From Bacteroidota bacterium (GTDB taxonomy: Bacteria; Bacteroidota; Bacteroidia; AKYH767-A; OLB10), in contig JAHEKC010000005.1 in NCBI GenBank assembly GCA_024638565.1, positions 519 to 64,518 on the forward strand: a DNA stretch of 64,000 nucleotides, read 5' to 3'. The notes beneath the pieces are model-generated. The model was not told where the DNA came from. It did not search any database and saw nothing but the letters and a program-made list of their open reading frames with translations. This document shows positions 9,652 through 20,347 of the stretch, in pieces. Numbering within the stretch: the stretch's first letter is position 1; each line of letters starts with the position of its first letter. The position numbers and the translations under genes are program-made.

Positions 9652-11130
9652 TCAGTTTTCAAAATCCAGGTAAGGCTCGAGGCCGTGCAAGCCGCCTTCA
9701 CGGCCCATACCGCTTTCCTTGTATCCACCGAACGGTGATGCCGGGTCGAACTTGTTGTATGTATTGACCCATACGACACCGGACCGCAGTGCCGATGAAA
9801 CTTTGAAGTGCCGTGCGCCCTTGTCGGTCCAGACGCCGGCGGACAAACCGTATGGCGTGTTGTTGGCCATGGCGATGGCTTCATCCACGGTCCGGAAGGT
9901 CTGGATGGTCAGCACGGGCCCGAATATCTCCTCGTTGACGATCCGGCTCGACTGCGAAACGTTGCTGAACAGGGTGGGGGCAAACCAGTACCCTTTGGAC
10001 GGCAGTTTGCAGGCGGGCTGGTAACAGGTGCCGCCTTCCTTTTTACCGATGGTGACGTAGCGCCTGATCTTTTCCAGTTGTGCACGGGAGTTGATGGCGC
10101 CGATGTCTGTGTTCTTATCGAGCGGATCGCCCACCACCAGTGTTTCCATCCGGTCTTTGAGTTTGCGGATGACGGCGGCGGCGACAGGCTCCTGTACCAG
10201 GAGCCTGGAACCGGCACAGCATACGTGTCCCTGGTTGAAGAAGATGCCATTAACAATGCCTTCCACAGCCTGGTCGATCGCCGCATCTGCAAAGATGATG
10301 TTGGCTGCTTTTCCCCCCAGTTCGAGTGTATACCGCTTGCCGGTTCCGGCCAGCGCGCGCTGGATCTTCTTGCCCACCTCCGTGGATCCGGTAAACGCCA
10401 CCTTGTGGATGCCGGGGTGGTTTACCAGCGCGGCGCCGGCCGCGCCGCCGCCCGTCACGATGTTGACCACGCCGGGCGGAAGGCCGGCATCGCTGATGAT
10501 CTCCGCGAGCTTCAGTGCCGTCAGCGGAGTCGTTTCTGCCGGCTTGAGCACCACGGTATTGCCGCATGCCAGTGCCGGGGCCAGTTTCCATGCAGCCATC
10601 AGCAACGGGAAGTTCCACGGGATGATCTGGCCCGCCACTCCAAGGGGTTGCGGTTTCCTGCCGGGGAATGCCCAGGGAAGCTTGTCCGCCCATCCCGCAT
10701 GGTAGAAGAAATGTGCGGCGGCCAGCGGGATATCCAGGTCGCGCGATTCGCGGATGGGCTTGCCGCCGTCCATGCTTTCGATCACCGCCAGCTCCCGTGA
10801 CTGCTCCTGCATAAGCCGTGCAATCCGGAACAGGTACTTGCCACGCTCCCGGGCCGGCAGCGATGTCCAGCCAGGTGCGGCGCGACGGGCCGCCCTGACC
10901 GCACGGTCGATGTCTCTGGAAGTGGCCTGCGCCACGGAAGCGATCGGCTTTCCGCTGGACGGGTTGAGGGTCCTGAAGTACCTGCCACCGGCAGGCTCCG
11001 TAAAGCGGCCGCTGATAAAATGTCCGTACCTGCCCTGAAGGGTGACGTGATCTGCCGATTCGGGCGCCGGGGCGTAATCCCATCCCGATCTGAAATCAAG
11101 CTTGCGTTTTCCTTTTGCTTTCACCGGCAT
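9652..11130 (-). CDS. Aldehyde dehydrogenase
   Basis: PWNFP, KPAETTP, FTGSTEVG, LELGGK, GHVCCAGSR, EEIFGP and PFGGYKESG. Confidence 0.95.
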   Translation of the reverse strand: MPVKAKGKRKLDFRSGWDYAPAPESADHVTLQGRYGHFISGRFTEPAGGRYFRTLNPSSGKPIASVAQATSRDIDRAVRAARRAAPGWTSLPARERGKYLFRIARLMQEQSRELAVIESMDGGKPIRESRDLDIPLAAAHFFYHAGWADKLPWAFPGRKPQPLGVAGQIIPWNFPLLMAAWKLAPALACGNTVVLKPAETTPLTALKLAEIISDAGLPPGVVNIVTGGGAAGAALVNHPGIHKVAFTGSTEVGKKIQRALAGTGKRYTLELGGKAANIIFADAAIDQAVEGIVNGIFFNQGHVCCAGSRLLVQEPVAAAVIRKLKDRMETLVVGDPLDKNTDIGAINSRAQLEKIRRYVTIGKKEGGTCYQPACKLPSKGYWFAPTLFSNVSQSSRIVNEEIFGPVLTIQTFRTVDEAIAMANNTPYGLSAGVWTDKGARHFKVSSALRSGVVWVNTYNKFDPASPFGGYKESGMGREGGLHGLEPYLDFEN

Positions 11131-11168
11131 GTGTCGGAATCAAAAGTAATCAATCCCCAATGGCCTGT

Positions 11169-11891
11169 TCATGATCCGAACGCTTCCCTGAGGATGTGAT
11201 GCGACTTCATTTTCATCTGCTGGTGCAGCTGCAGTTCGCAATAGAGCACAAGTGCATCCAGCATCGCCACCCGGTCCCCGTGGGAAAGTTCCAGCCCGTC
11301 CAGGTCCGAGAAAGAGGTGTTTTGCAGCCGGTGAAATAAACGGGTTTGTGACGCATCCAGCTGGATGTCGTGCTCCGGGGCCGTATGCACATAGGTGCCA
11401 TGCGCCAGGCTGAAGCGACACCCCTCATGGAAGGAGTCGTCGTTCGGATAAATACCCAGGAAACGTGTCAGGCGGATGATAAACAGCAAATGGAACGACT
11501 CGAAGCCCGTCTCCTTTCCGTCCAGGATATGGAAGGCCTGTTCCAGGAAGCCGAACAGGTCCGGGTCGCTCTCACCTTCCTTCACCGTGATTGACAGCAG
11601 CTCCGCCATGAAGATGGCAATAGAGATCTTCTCTACACGGTACGGGATGGTGCGGTAGTGGTAACGCCAGGAAAGTTCCTTCAGTCGCCTTAACCCCCGC
11701 TGTCGATTATTGTAGTAAACCAGGTCAACAAGCGTCAGGGGTTGGAAAAGCGCTGCCTGGCCCGACTTCCCCCTGGCGCCTCCCATGATGAATGACTGCA
11801 GGCCGTCTTGCCGGGTATACACCCTTGCAATGACACTGCTTTCCGCATATGGCACGGTCCGCAGCATGATGCCTTCGCTCTTTTCGATCAT
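11169..11891 (-). CDS. recO: DNA repair protein RecO
   Basis: GIMLRTVPYAESSVIARVYT, LFQPLT.V and LTRFLGIYP; downstream of porZ. Confidence 0.9.
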   Translation of the reverse strand: MIEKSEGIMLRTVPYAESSVIARVYTRQDGLQSFIMGGARGKSGQAALFQPLTLVDLVYYNNRQRGLRRLKELSWRYHYRTIPYRVEKISIAIFMAELLSITVKEGESDPDLFGFLEQAFHILDGKETGFESFHLLFIIRLTRFLGIYPNDDSFHEGCRFSLAHGTYVHTAPEHDIQLDASQTRLFHRLQNTSFSDLDGLELSHGDRVAMLDALVLYCELQLHQQMKMKSHHILREAFGS

Positions 11892-12136
11892 GGGGGTGTT
11901 AAGGTAGTGAGTATTTCAGGTTGTTTTTTTGTGAATTGGTTGAAAAGTTAGGGAATGGAACTCGAAAAAGCGATCGGTGACTGAGGATAGGAGATTCAAT
12001 GCAACCAGGATATTGCCAATCCCTGCTTGTCCTTAAGCGCCGGTCGTTTCCGGAATTACAATTGTGGCTGCTACAGGATTTCTGCTTTATGGCCACGGCC
12101 ACAATTATTACCCGCACAGCAGCATGCAAGCCCGCG

Positions 12137-14449
12137 CTAATTAATGAACAGCAATTTCGTAATACACGTATTCTCGCCGTCTGCATCGGAACAGAATACC
12201 AGGTATACGCCCGTATGCGCTTTTTCGCCGTTGAAGTTGCGCCCGTTCCAGAATCCCTGGCCACCCTGGGCCGTGGTTTCAAATACGAGTGTACCGCTGA
12301 CATCTGTGATCTTGATGTTCCCGTTGCGCATGACGCCGGTGATGGCGATTGGACCGCTATAGTCGGGACGGACCGGATTCGGAAAGACATAAGTGTTCTC
12401 GCAAAAATCCTTTCCCTCCGTGGCATAGCCGCGGAAGGAGATCATACCGTTTTCCGTCCCGAAAAACACCTCACCGGATTGCTGGTCGACCCCGATGGTG
12501 GAGATGTTGTTTGAAAGCAGCGGACTGTTGTCCTCGGTAAAGTGAAAGATCTGTTCGTTGTCATCGGCGGAAAGCAGGAATACTCCCGAATTTTCAGTGC
12601 CATACCATTTGTTGTTCGCACCATCCACGGCAATGGATGTTACGGTTTCGGATTCAAGCAGGTACTGGAACGTGCCGTCTTCCACCTGGATGAGGATCTG
12701 CTGCGCGTCCGGGCTCAGGTTTTCATCGAGCACACTGAATGGGGAGAAGAACACGGCCACACCTTTGGTGGTCCCGATCCAAACCTGCCCGTCCAGGTCT
12801 TCCACGATGGCGCGCACGTCGTTGGACGGAAGTCCGCCCTGCCCCGTTCCGGATTTCAGGAACCGGTATGGCTGGGTCCCGATGGTGCCCGTTTCATCGA
12901 ACACCAGGATACCTGATTCATTGAAGTCAACCCATTTCTGGTTAAAAGCATCGATCATCAGCTCGCCGGCGAAGGCGCCGCTTCCCACGGCACCGGGAAA
13001 GGAGAAGGCCTCCCAGCTTCCGTCCGTACGCCGGACGGAAAGTGGTTTCGCCACGGTAGAATTGACCACCCAGAGGTTAAGGTTGCTGTCGAAGCCTACG
13101 CCGCCGGTTTGGCAGCTTCCCGGATTCCCGATGGCAGTTTGCAGTGTGCTATTGGATTCATTGTAGTAATTCACAGGCTTCCCGTTCTCGAATTCCAGCA
13201 GCCCCGCACCGCGAGAGCCCAGTAAGACACGTGCGCTGTTTTGGGGATGGATGGCCACAGCCATGAAATCCCAAAGGGTATCCAGGTCCACGATATTGCT
13301 GGTGACATTGGTGCGGTCGTATGTGGTCCACCGCCCATCGAAGAAGGTGGAAAAGCCGTCCCGGGTGAACAGGTTGTCCCATTTCCGTCCCTGCACCGCA
13401 TGGCCCACCCACAGCTGCCCGTTCAGCACACGGATGTCCGACGAAAAGCCTGACCTTGGACCGTTGGGTGCAATGAGTGTGTATTGCATGGAGGAAACGG
13501 CCCTGACAAGGCCTTTCTGCCTGTCGGCGATCCAGATGATCCCCTGGTTGCCGGGAATCGCATCCTGCATATCAGAGAATTCGTTATTGCCGGCAACCTG
13601 CTGTTGTTCGGACATGGCGGAATTGAATTCCTTCACGCCAAATCCGCCGGTCAGGCAAAGCCGGCCGTTGGCAGACCGCAGGGACCGGATGTCATTAAAG
13701 ACCGCTGGTAAGGCGTTCCAGGTTCCATCATGGTACAGCAGGCTGTCGTCGTTGCTCGATTGTTCCAGGCTTCCCAGCACCAGCTTTCCATCGAACCAAT
13801 CAAGTTCCGCGTAGGTGAAGCCGGCTACAGGTGCCCGCAACTGGCTCCAGCTCCCGAAGAAATTTATGGACGGGTTGTTGATGGCACTTGTGTAGATTCC
13901 TGAATCCGTGGCAGCATAAATGACAGAGCCGTTGGTGGTGATGTCATGCACCGGGTTGTTGTCGCCGGTGGAGCTGAGAAAATAGGTGTCCTTGATCTCG
14001 TTTTTTGTCAGGTCAAGCAGCAATATGCCGATGTCTGTTGCCAGGTAGGCGAAGCCGGCATTGAAGAAGATATCATTGATGCGTTTCGATCCGATGATGT
14101 TCTTCCGTTTCAGGTCGGAGATGTTTAAGATGGTCGTCCCCCGAAGGATATCGATGTTGCCATTCTCGTATCCGGCGATAAGCGTGGAGCCGGAGGCATT
14201 ATGACGCAGGATGCTGATGTTGACATCCGACAGGCCCTCGACCTTGGATACCGTGCGGACACTCTGGTCCGCTTTATGATAGATGAAAATTCCGGCATCG
14301 GCGGCGCAAAATATCTCGTTTCCTGCTTCCGACACGTGATTGGCCCTGTTGAACGGAAGGTGTACACGCCAGTCGCCAATCGCCAGGTCCTGGGCGGTGG
14401 TGGTCAGCGGAAGCAGTGTAATAAAGGGGAGAATCCTGAGCAGGCGCAT
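12137..14449 (-). CDS. porZ: T9SS component PorZ (beta-propeller with C-terminal sorting domain)
   Basis: IGDWRVHLPF N-terminus; two-component-regulator-type propeller repeats (WIGT.KG, VDGANNKWYG); CTD VFPNPVRPDY...GVYLVF...KLLFIN; adjacent to recO. Confidence 0.85.
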   Translation of the reverse strand: MRLLRILPFITLLPLTTTAQDLAIGDWRVHLPFNRANHVSEAGNEIFCAADAGIFIYHKADQSVRTVSKVEGLSDVNISILRHNASGSTLIAGYENGNIDILRGTTILNISDLKRKNIIGSKRINDIFFNAGFAYLATDIGILLLDLTKNEIKDTYFLSSTGDNNPVHDITTNGSVIYAATDSGIYTSAINNPSINFFGSWSQLRAPVAGFTYAELDWFDGKLVLGSLEQSSNDDSLLYHDGTWNALPAVFNDIRSLRSANGRLCLTGGFGVKEFNSAMSEQQQVAGNNEFSDMQDAIPGNQGIIWIADRQKGLVRAVSSMQYTLIAPNGPRSGFSSDIRVLNGQLWVGHAVQGRKWDNLFTRDGFSTFFDGRWTTYDRTNVTSNIVDLDTLWDFMAVAIHPQNSARVLLGSRGAGLLEFENGKPVNYYNESNSTLQTAIGNPGSCQTGGVGFDSNLNLWVVNSTVAKPLSVRRTDGSWEAFSFPGAVGSGAFAGELMIDAFNQKWVDFNESGILVFDETGTIGTQPYRFLKSGTGQGGLPSNDVRAIVEDLDGQVWIGTTKGVAVFFSPFSVLDENLSPDAQQILIQVEDGTFQYLLESETVTSIAVDGANNKWYGTENSGVFLLSADDNEQIFHFTEDNSPLLSNNISTIGVDQQSGEVFFGTENGMISFRGYATEGKDFCENTYVFPNPVRPDYSGPIAITGVMRNGNIKITDVSGTLVFETTAQGGQGFWNGRNFNGEKAHTGVYLVFCSDADGENTCITKLLFIN

Positions 14450-14489
14450 GAAGGGTCGGTGCTAAGTAACGGTAAATATCAGATAAAAA

Positions 14490-16652
14490 TTATCCGGAAT
14501 GGCTGCGCCTGCCCGCAAGGGCAAGGACGGCCAGGCAAAGGAGAATGCTTGCAAAACTGATTATAAATGAAGCCTTTATAAACGGTGCCGTAAATGAATA
14601 CGTGATGCGGTGGCTGCCCTCGGGTACCTGGATGGTCATGAACAGGTAGTTGGTCTTCCATACCCGTGCTTCCGTACCGTCAATGAGCACCTGCCAGCCG
14701 GGGTGAAAATGCTGTTTCAGCGTTAGAAACACCTGACCCGTGGTTTTGGTTTCGAGGGTGATGTCTCCCGGCCTGAAAACTGCCACTTCAACCTGACCCC
14801 TGCCGCCGCCGGGGTCCGGTACGGACAGGCTGTCTTCGGCCATGAAGTACAGGTGCGATGAGTCCCGTGCTATATGGCCATGATCGTAAATGGTGTCGGA
14901 ATAAAAGGAATGGCTCGTGGACAGGTAGGCCAGCGGGGCGGATAGATATTTTTCCATCAGCAGTGGTTCCTCTATCAGCTGTCCGTACCCCGACATGCGA
15001 AAAGAGTTGAAGCCATCATGGCCCGGCTCGCGCCTCAGCAGGCTCAGGTTTCTCCAGAAGGGTGACGCCAGCGAACGGCTGTCACCCCATTCCGCGGACG
15101 GACGGTTTCCGGGATTGGGAAAGTTGTCTGGCAACCCGTCCATAATCCCGTCGATGTGTGCGGTCCGGTAACGGTCATATACAGTAAGCGGACCGTTAAG
15201 CTGCGCCGCTATCACGAGATCGAGCATGACAAATACCAGCAGGGGCCGGTATACCTGCTTGATTCTCCCCCGCAGGGCCAGCCACGCAAATGCCAGCACC
15301 ACGGTAACCAGGGCCTGGACCTGGATGGCCTGCAGGGGCGCCAGGTTGTTGACATAGGCAAACAGTCCGCCGGTGCCTTCCAGCCCGATACCCTGCGCGC
15401 GGGTATAAGCAATGGCGCATACCCCCGACAATCCGATCAAGCCGACAGCCAGGTCGAACCAACGCCGTGCCTGCCGGTTACCGTTCAGCAGACGGGACAG
15501 GAAGACTGAAGCCACCAGCAGGAAGGGGATCAGCGCGAAAAGGCGAAAAATGCTCGGGAACCGGAACAGGTCCATGAAGGGCACATATGCATACAGCCAT
15601 CCCCGCACAGGAGTGTAACCACCAAAGGATACCAGCAGGAAAAACAGTCCTGCCAGCAGCATGAACACTTGCCGACGGTCAGGCTTTGTAAGTATGGAGG
15701 AAATAAAAAGGGCCAGGCCAAAGATCCCGAAATAGAGGTTTGACATGGAGATATCCGTGTCGAAGTATGCGGGTTCGCGTGCTGACCACAGCGGGTACAG
15801 CCACGACCACATGCACCGGGGTGAAAACGGGTTGAACACCGCGTCTTCCAGTGGGATAGCGGTGCCCCGCATGACATATCCCAGGCTGGTGAGCACCGAA
15901 GTAATCACGAAGGCGCCCAGGAGGCATACGGCCAGGGCGGCAAACGCATGTCCGCGCAGATAGGCCGAAATGCCGTTGCGGGCGTGACGTCTCGACCAGA
16001 GGCCGGACAGGAACATGAATGCAAGGCAGTAGGCGACAATGATGGTGAATGCCGGGTATCCGCCGGAAAGCAGCATGAAAAAAGCTAGCGCGAACCTGAT
16101 GGCATGCGGCCAGCCGGGTCTGCGCCACAGCAGGAGGTACTGGTGAAATACGATCGGCACCCAGGCGCCGCTGATCACATAGGTGAGGTGCTGCGCATTG
16201 CCGGTAAAAAACCCCGATAGCATATAGGTGATGGCGATAATCAGCGCAGCCCTGGCGTCACCTGACAGGTGGCGCGCAAGCCGGAACATGCCAAGCCCAC
16301 CCAGGATCACGTGCAGGGTGAAGTCGAACTGGTTAAAATAAACCGTATATCCTCCTGCGAGGGCGTACAGCCAGTTTAGCGGATACCAGGCGCCGCTTTG
16401 CGGGTCGGCACTGAAATAATATCCCCAGTGCTGGTACGGATTCCAGAAGGGCCATGTCCATCCGCGCAGGCAGTCGGCTACAAAGCTGCGCCATGGCAGG
16501 TACTGATCGATCATATCGTACCTGAGACCGTACTGCATGAATGCCACCTGGGCGTATGCGGCTAGCGCGGCAATAAGAAGCACCCATAGGGCCCGGAAGG
16601 TCACTGGCTGGCGGAATGGCGGCACGGGTTTCAAATATAGCAACCGCGCCAA
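14490..16652 (-). CDS. YfhO family integral membrane protein (GT-C-like)
   Basis: WNPY..G..F.ADPQSGAWYP, many TM helices, and C-terminal HPGWQVLIDG...VPEGSHRITYSF. Confidence 0.8.
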   Translation of the reverse strand: MARLLYLKPVPPFRQPVTFRALWVLLIAALAAYAQVAFMQYGLRYDMIDQYLPWRSFVADCLRGWTWPFWNPYQHWGYYFSADPQSGAWYPLNWLYALAGGYTVYFNQFDFTLHVILGGLGMFRLARHLSGDARAALIIAITYMLSGFFTGNAQHLTYVISGAWVPIVFHQYLLLWRRPGWPHAIRFALAFFMLLSGGYPAFTIIVAYCLAFMFLSGLWSRRHARNGISAYLRGHAFAALAVCLLGAFVITSVLTSLGYVMRGTAIPLEDAVFNPFSPRCMWSWLYPLWSAREPAYFDTDISMSNLYFGIFGLALFISSILTKPDRRQVFMLLAGLFFLLVSFGGYTPVRGWLYAYVPFMDLFRFPSIFRLFALIPFLLVASVFLSRLLNGNRQARRWFDLAVGLIGLSGVCAIAYTRAQGIGLEGTGGLFAYVNNLAPLQAIQVQALVTVVLAFAWLALRGRIKQVYRPLLVFVMLDLVIAAQLNGPLTVYDRYRTAHIDGIMDGLPDNFPNPGNRPSAEWGDSRSLASPFWRNLSLLRREPGHDGFNSFRMSGYGQLIEEPLLMEKYLSAPLAYLSTSHSFYSDTIYDHGHIARDSSHLYFMAEDSLSVPDPGGGRGQVEVAVFRPGDITLETKTTGQVFLTLKQHFHPGWQVLIDGTEARVWKTNYLFMTIQVPEGSHRITYSFTAPFIKASFIISFASILLCLAVLALAGRRSHSG

Positions 16653-16692
16653 TGGATGCGCTTAGCCGCTAAAACCATATTTTTGCTTCCCT

Positions 16693-17661
16693 ATGAAGTC
16701 ATCGGGTGAAAAGATCCTTGTGCTTGGTGCCGGAGGGCAAATCGGTATTGAGCTGACCGGGCTTTTGCGGAACAGATACGGACATGATAACGTGCTTGCT
16801 TCCGATGTTAAAAAGGGAAATGCGCCCGAGGGTCCGTTCGAGCAACTGGACGTCCTGAATTTTAACAAGCTTTCCAGGATCATCAGGGAACATGGGATCA
16901 CACAGGTATACCTGCTGGCGGCATTGTTGTCGGCGACCGCCGAGCAGAAGCCAAAGCTCGGATGGAAGCTCAACATGGAAGGGCTGTTCAATGTGCTGGA
17001 CCTCGCTATCGAGAACAAGCTGAAGGTATTCTGGCCTAGTTCCATCGCGGTGTTTGGTCCCACAACCCCAAAGAAGATGACGCCCCAGCGTACCGTGATG
17101 GAGCCTTCCACGGTTTACGGCATCAGCAAGCAGGCGGGAGAGCGGTGGTGCGAATATTATCACCTCAAATACGGGGTCGATGTACGTAGTCTCCGGTACC
17201 CGGGATTGATAAGCTACAAGGCGCTTCCGGGGGGCGGTACCACGGACTATGCAGTGAATATATTTCATGCGGCCGTGGCATCAGGACATTATGAATGTTT
17301 CCTGGGTGAAGATTCCGTATTGCCCATGATGTATATGGAAGATGCCATCAGGGCCACACTCGAACTGATGGAGGCACCCCTGTCGAATGTGAAGATCAGG
17401 AACAGCTATAATGTCGCGGCCATGAGTTTCTCCCCGGTTGAGTTGGCCCGCGCCATCAGGAAGCATATTCCAGACTTTTCGCTGACCTGCAAGCCCGATT
17501 ACCGGCAGGAAATTGCCTCCGGCTGGCCCGAAAGCATTGACGATTCAGAGGCGCGCAACGACTGGGGATGGAAGCCCGGCTATACGCTCGAGGAAATGGC
17601 GGAGGATATGTTTGCGCACATCAAGCCGCAGAAAGGTAAAATGACCGCTCCCGCAAAATAA
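16693..17661 (+). CDS. SDR-type NAD-dependent L-threonine 3-dehydrogenase (epimerase/dehydratase family)
   Basis: [35 protein letters not shown] and SWPxSIDD-like motif; TATTTTTG box at 16678-16685. Confidence 0.85.
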   Translation: MKSSGEKILVLGAGGQIGIELTGLLRNRYGHDNVLASDVKKGNAPEGPFEQLDVLNFNKLSRIIREHGITQVYLLAALLSATAEQKPKLGWKLNMEGLFNVLDLAIENKLKVFWPSSIAVFGPTTPKKMTPQRTVMEPSTVYGISKQAGERWCEYYHLKYGVDVRSLRYPGLISYKALPGGGTTDYAVNIFHAAVASGHYECFLGEDSVLPMMYMEDAIRATLELMEAPLSNVKIRNSYNVAAMSFSPVELARAIRKHIPDFSLTCKPDYRQEIASGWPESIDDSEARNDWGWKPGYTLEEMAEDMFAHIKPQKGKMTAPAK

Positions 17662-19136
17662 TGGAACATCCGCTTTTTATTACCAATTCGCTTACCAGAA
17701 ACAAGGAACAGTTCGTTCCTGCAAACGCGCCTTTCGTGGGTATGTACGTTTGCGGCCCCACCGTTTACGGCCCGCCCCACCTGGGGCATGCCAGGCCATA
17801 TATCACTTTCGATGTGCTGTTCCGGTACCTGCACCACCTGGGCTACAAGACCCGCTATGTACGCAACATCACCGATGTAGGTCACCTGGTGGATGATTCG
17901 GACGACGGGGAGGACAAGATCGCAAAGAAGGCGCGTATCGAGAAACTCGAACCCATGGAAGTGGCCAAGATGTACACCGACAGCTTTCATGAGGCCATGC
18001 GGGTGCTGAATAACCTGCCCCCTTCGATAGAGCCCAGTGCTTCCGGACATATCATCGAGCAGATCGAGATGATCCGTAAGATCATGGACAAAGGCCTTGC
18101 GTACGAATCAGGCGGTTCGGTTTATTTCGACGTGATTAAGTATGGGGAAGACAATGACTATGGTAAGCTCAGCGGCCGCATACCGGATGAGCTGATTGCA
18201 GGTGCGGGTAATGAGCGCCGTGAACTGGAGGGCCAGGATGAAAAGCGTCATGCAGCCGATTTCGCCTTATGGAAAAAGGCAGATCCTGCCCATATCATGA
18301 AGTGGCCCTCGCCCTGGAGCATGGGATTCCCGGGATGGCATATCGAATGTTCGGCGATGAGCGTCAAGTACCTCGGGGATACCTTCGATATCCATGGCGG
18401 CGGTATGGACTTGCTTTTTCCGCACCATGAAAGCGAGATTGCCCAGTCCAAGGGCAGCTGCGGAAAAGCCCCGGTGCGTTACTGGATGCATAACAATATG
18501 ATCACGATTAATGGCCGGAAGATGGGCAAGAGCCTGGGCAACTTTATTAACCTGGAGGAATTTTTTACAGGGAAACATAAGTTGCTCACGAAAGCATATT
18601 CACCCATGACCGTCCGGTTCTATATGCTGCAGGCACATTACAGGAGTACCCTGGACTTTTCGAACGAAGCGCTGCAGTCAGCGGAAAAAGCATTTGCCAA
18701 GCTGGTCAACAGCTACCAGGAACTGGACAGGCTCAAACCGGGTGATGGAAAGGAAAGTGTGGCCGCGAAAATCAGTAGGGCGTGTTACGATGCAATGAAC
18801 GATGACCTCAACACGGCCATCGCGCTCTCACACCTTTTCGATGCGTCCCGGCATGTGAACGCCGCGGCGTCAGGTGAACGGCCGCTGGCGGCCGCTGATA
18901 TAGAAGGTTTCAGGAAGCTGTTTGACGAATTGCTTTTCGGAGTGCTGGGAATGCGGACTGACGAAAAGACGGGTGACGGTGATGTGGAAGGGCTGATGGA
19001 CCTGGTGCTGTCGATCAGGGCGGAAGCAAAGGCCCGGAAGGATTTTTCCGTTTCGGACAAGATCCGCGACGAACTCACCAGGCTCAATTTCGTGGTCAAG
19101 GACGGCAAGGACGGTGCCACCTGGTCAAAAGGATAG
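17661..19136 (+). CDS. cysS: Cysteine--tRNA ligase
   Basis: [13 protein letters not shown] (HIGH), [26 protein letters not shown] and KMGKS; TAATG overlap with the upstream gene. Confidence 0.97.
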   Translation: MEHPLFITNSLTRNKEQFVPANAPFVGMYVCGPTVYGPPHLGHARPYITFDVLFRYLHHLGYKTRYVRNITDVGHLVDDSDDGEDKIAKKARIEKLEPMEVAKMYTDSFHEAMRVLNNLPPSIEPSASGHIIEQIEMIRKIMDKGLAYESGGSVYFDVIKYGEDNDYGKLSGRIPDELIAGAGNERRELEGQDEKRHAADFALWKKADPAHIMKWPSPWSMGFPGWHIECSAMSVKYLGDTFDIHGGGMDLLFPHHESEIAQSKGSCGKAPVRYWMHNNMITINGRKMGKSLGNFINLEEFFTGKHKLLTKAYSPMTVRFYMLQAHYRSTLDFSNEALQSAEKAFAKLVNSYQELDRLKPGDGKESVAAKISRACYDAMNDDLNTAIALSHLFDASRHVNAAASGERPLAAADIEGFRKLFDELLFGVLGMRTDEKTGDGDVEGLMDLVLSIRAEAKARKDFSVSDKIRDELTRLNFVVKDGKDGATWSKG

Positions 19137-19143
19137 CCGCGGC

Positions 19144-20145
19144 ATGACATTCTTCAGGATTTTAAAACGCCCCGGGTTTATCGCGGCGCTCTTGCTGGTT
19201 GCTGCATGTGGCGGAGAACGCGAATCTCCGCCGGTTTCCCCGCTGACGGCCCCGGCACACAAGGCCATACCGGCACCTTCCTTCAACGAGGATTCTGCGC
19301 TGGCGTATGTGGCTGCACAGGTGAACTTCGGTCCGCGCGTACCCGGCACACCCGCGCATGCGGCCTGTGCCAACTACCTGGCCCGGAAACTGGAGTCGTT
19401 CGGGCTTGAAGTCATCATGCAGAGGGGCGTGGTGACGACATACAACAATCGTAAGTTCGAGCTGTCGAACGTCATCGGCAGCTACCGCCCGGAACGCGGC
19501 AATCGCATCCTGCTTTGCAGCCACTGGGATACACGTCCGTTCGCCGATCGCGATTCCATTAACCCCGATCAGCCGTTTGACGGCGCCAATGACGGGGGCA
19601 GCAGTACGGCGGTGCTTTTGGAGGTGGCCCGCCAGCTATCGCTGGAACAGCCCGATTTGGGTATCGACATTATCCTTTTCGACCTGGAGGACTACGGTGA
19701 ATACATGAAGAACAATGACGAGAGCTGGGGGTTGGGTTCGCAGTACTGGTCCCGCAACCTGCACAAGCCCGGATATTTTGCACGCTACGGCATCCTGGTT
19801 GATATGGTGGGTGCGCCCGGTGCAGTGTTCCCCAGGGAAGGCTACTCGATGCAATATGCTTCGGAGGTGGTGGACAAGGTTTGGCGGATTGCCCGGAAGT
19901 CCGGTTATGGGAAGTACTTTATTGATGACAGGTTCCAGGGTATTGTCGACGACCATTATTTTGTGAATAAGATAGCCGGAATACCCTGTATCAATATCAT
20001 CCACTACGACCTTTCCAACCGGGATTTCATGTCCTGTCATCACCGGCATTGTGACAACATGGACCAGATCGATTCTTTCTCACTTAAAGTGGCAGGGCAG
20101 GTGCTTTTGGAGACGCTGTACCACGAGCTGAATGCGGCGCAGTAG
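19144..20145 (+). CDS. M28-family lipoprotein, probable glutaminyl-peptide cyclotransferase
   Basis: Lipobox VAAC; FGPRVP, SHWDTRP, GANDGGS, FDLEDYG, DMVG and DDH motifs. Confidence 0.8.
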   Translation: MTFFRILKRPGFIAALLLVAACGGERESPPVSPLTAPAHKAIPAPSFNEDSALAYVAAQVNFGPRVPGTPAHAACANYLARKLESFGLEVIMQRGVVTTYNNRKFELSNVIGSYRPERGNRILLCSHWDTRPFADRDSINPDQPFDGANDGGSSTAVLLEVARQLSLEQPDLGIDIILFDLEDYGEYMKNNDESWGLGSQYWSRNLHKPGYFARYGILVDMVGAPGAVFPREGYSMQYASEVVDKVWRIARKSGYGKYFIDDRFQGIVDDHYFVNKIAGIPCINIIHYDLSNRDFMSCHHRHCDNMDQIDSFSLKVAGQVLLETLYHELNAAQ

Positions 20146-20347
20146 GTACGGGGTTCAGCCCGCCCGGCGTCCGGCGTTGGGGCCTTGCGACTGCCCACGC
20201 CCGTTGTGTGCGGTGCACCACAGAGGGAAAAATAAGTTCGGTTCGCAGGTTAAGGTAAGCGGCAGCCCAATTCTTCAAAGATCAGCCATGATTCCATGTG
20301 ATGGGGACCACGATTGCCCTGACGGCATACGCATTATGAGGCACAAA

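Noticed and set aside
9638..9884. Programmed frameshift fusing the two ALDH genes, since the downstream frame is open across the overlap
   Set aside because: No canonical slippery heptamer is evident, the second gene has its own ATG 13 nt after the first stop, and the extension does not look like protein.
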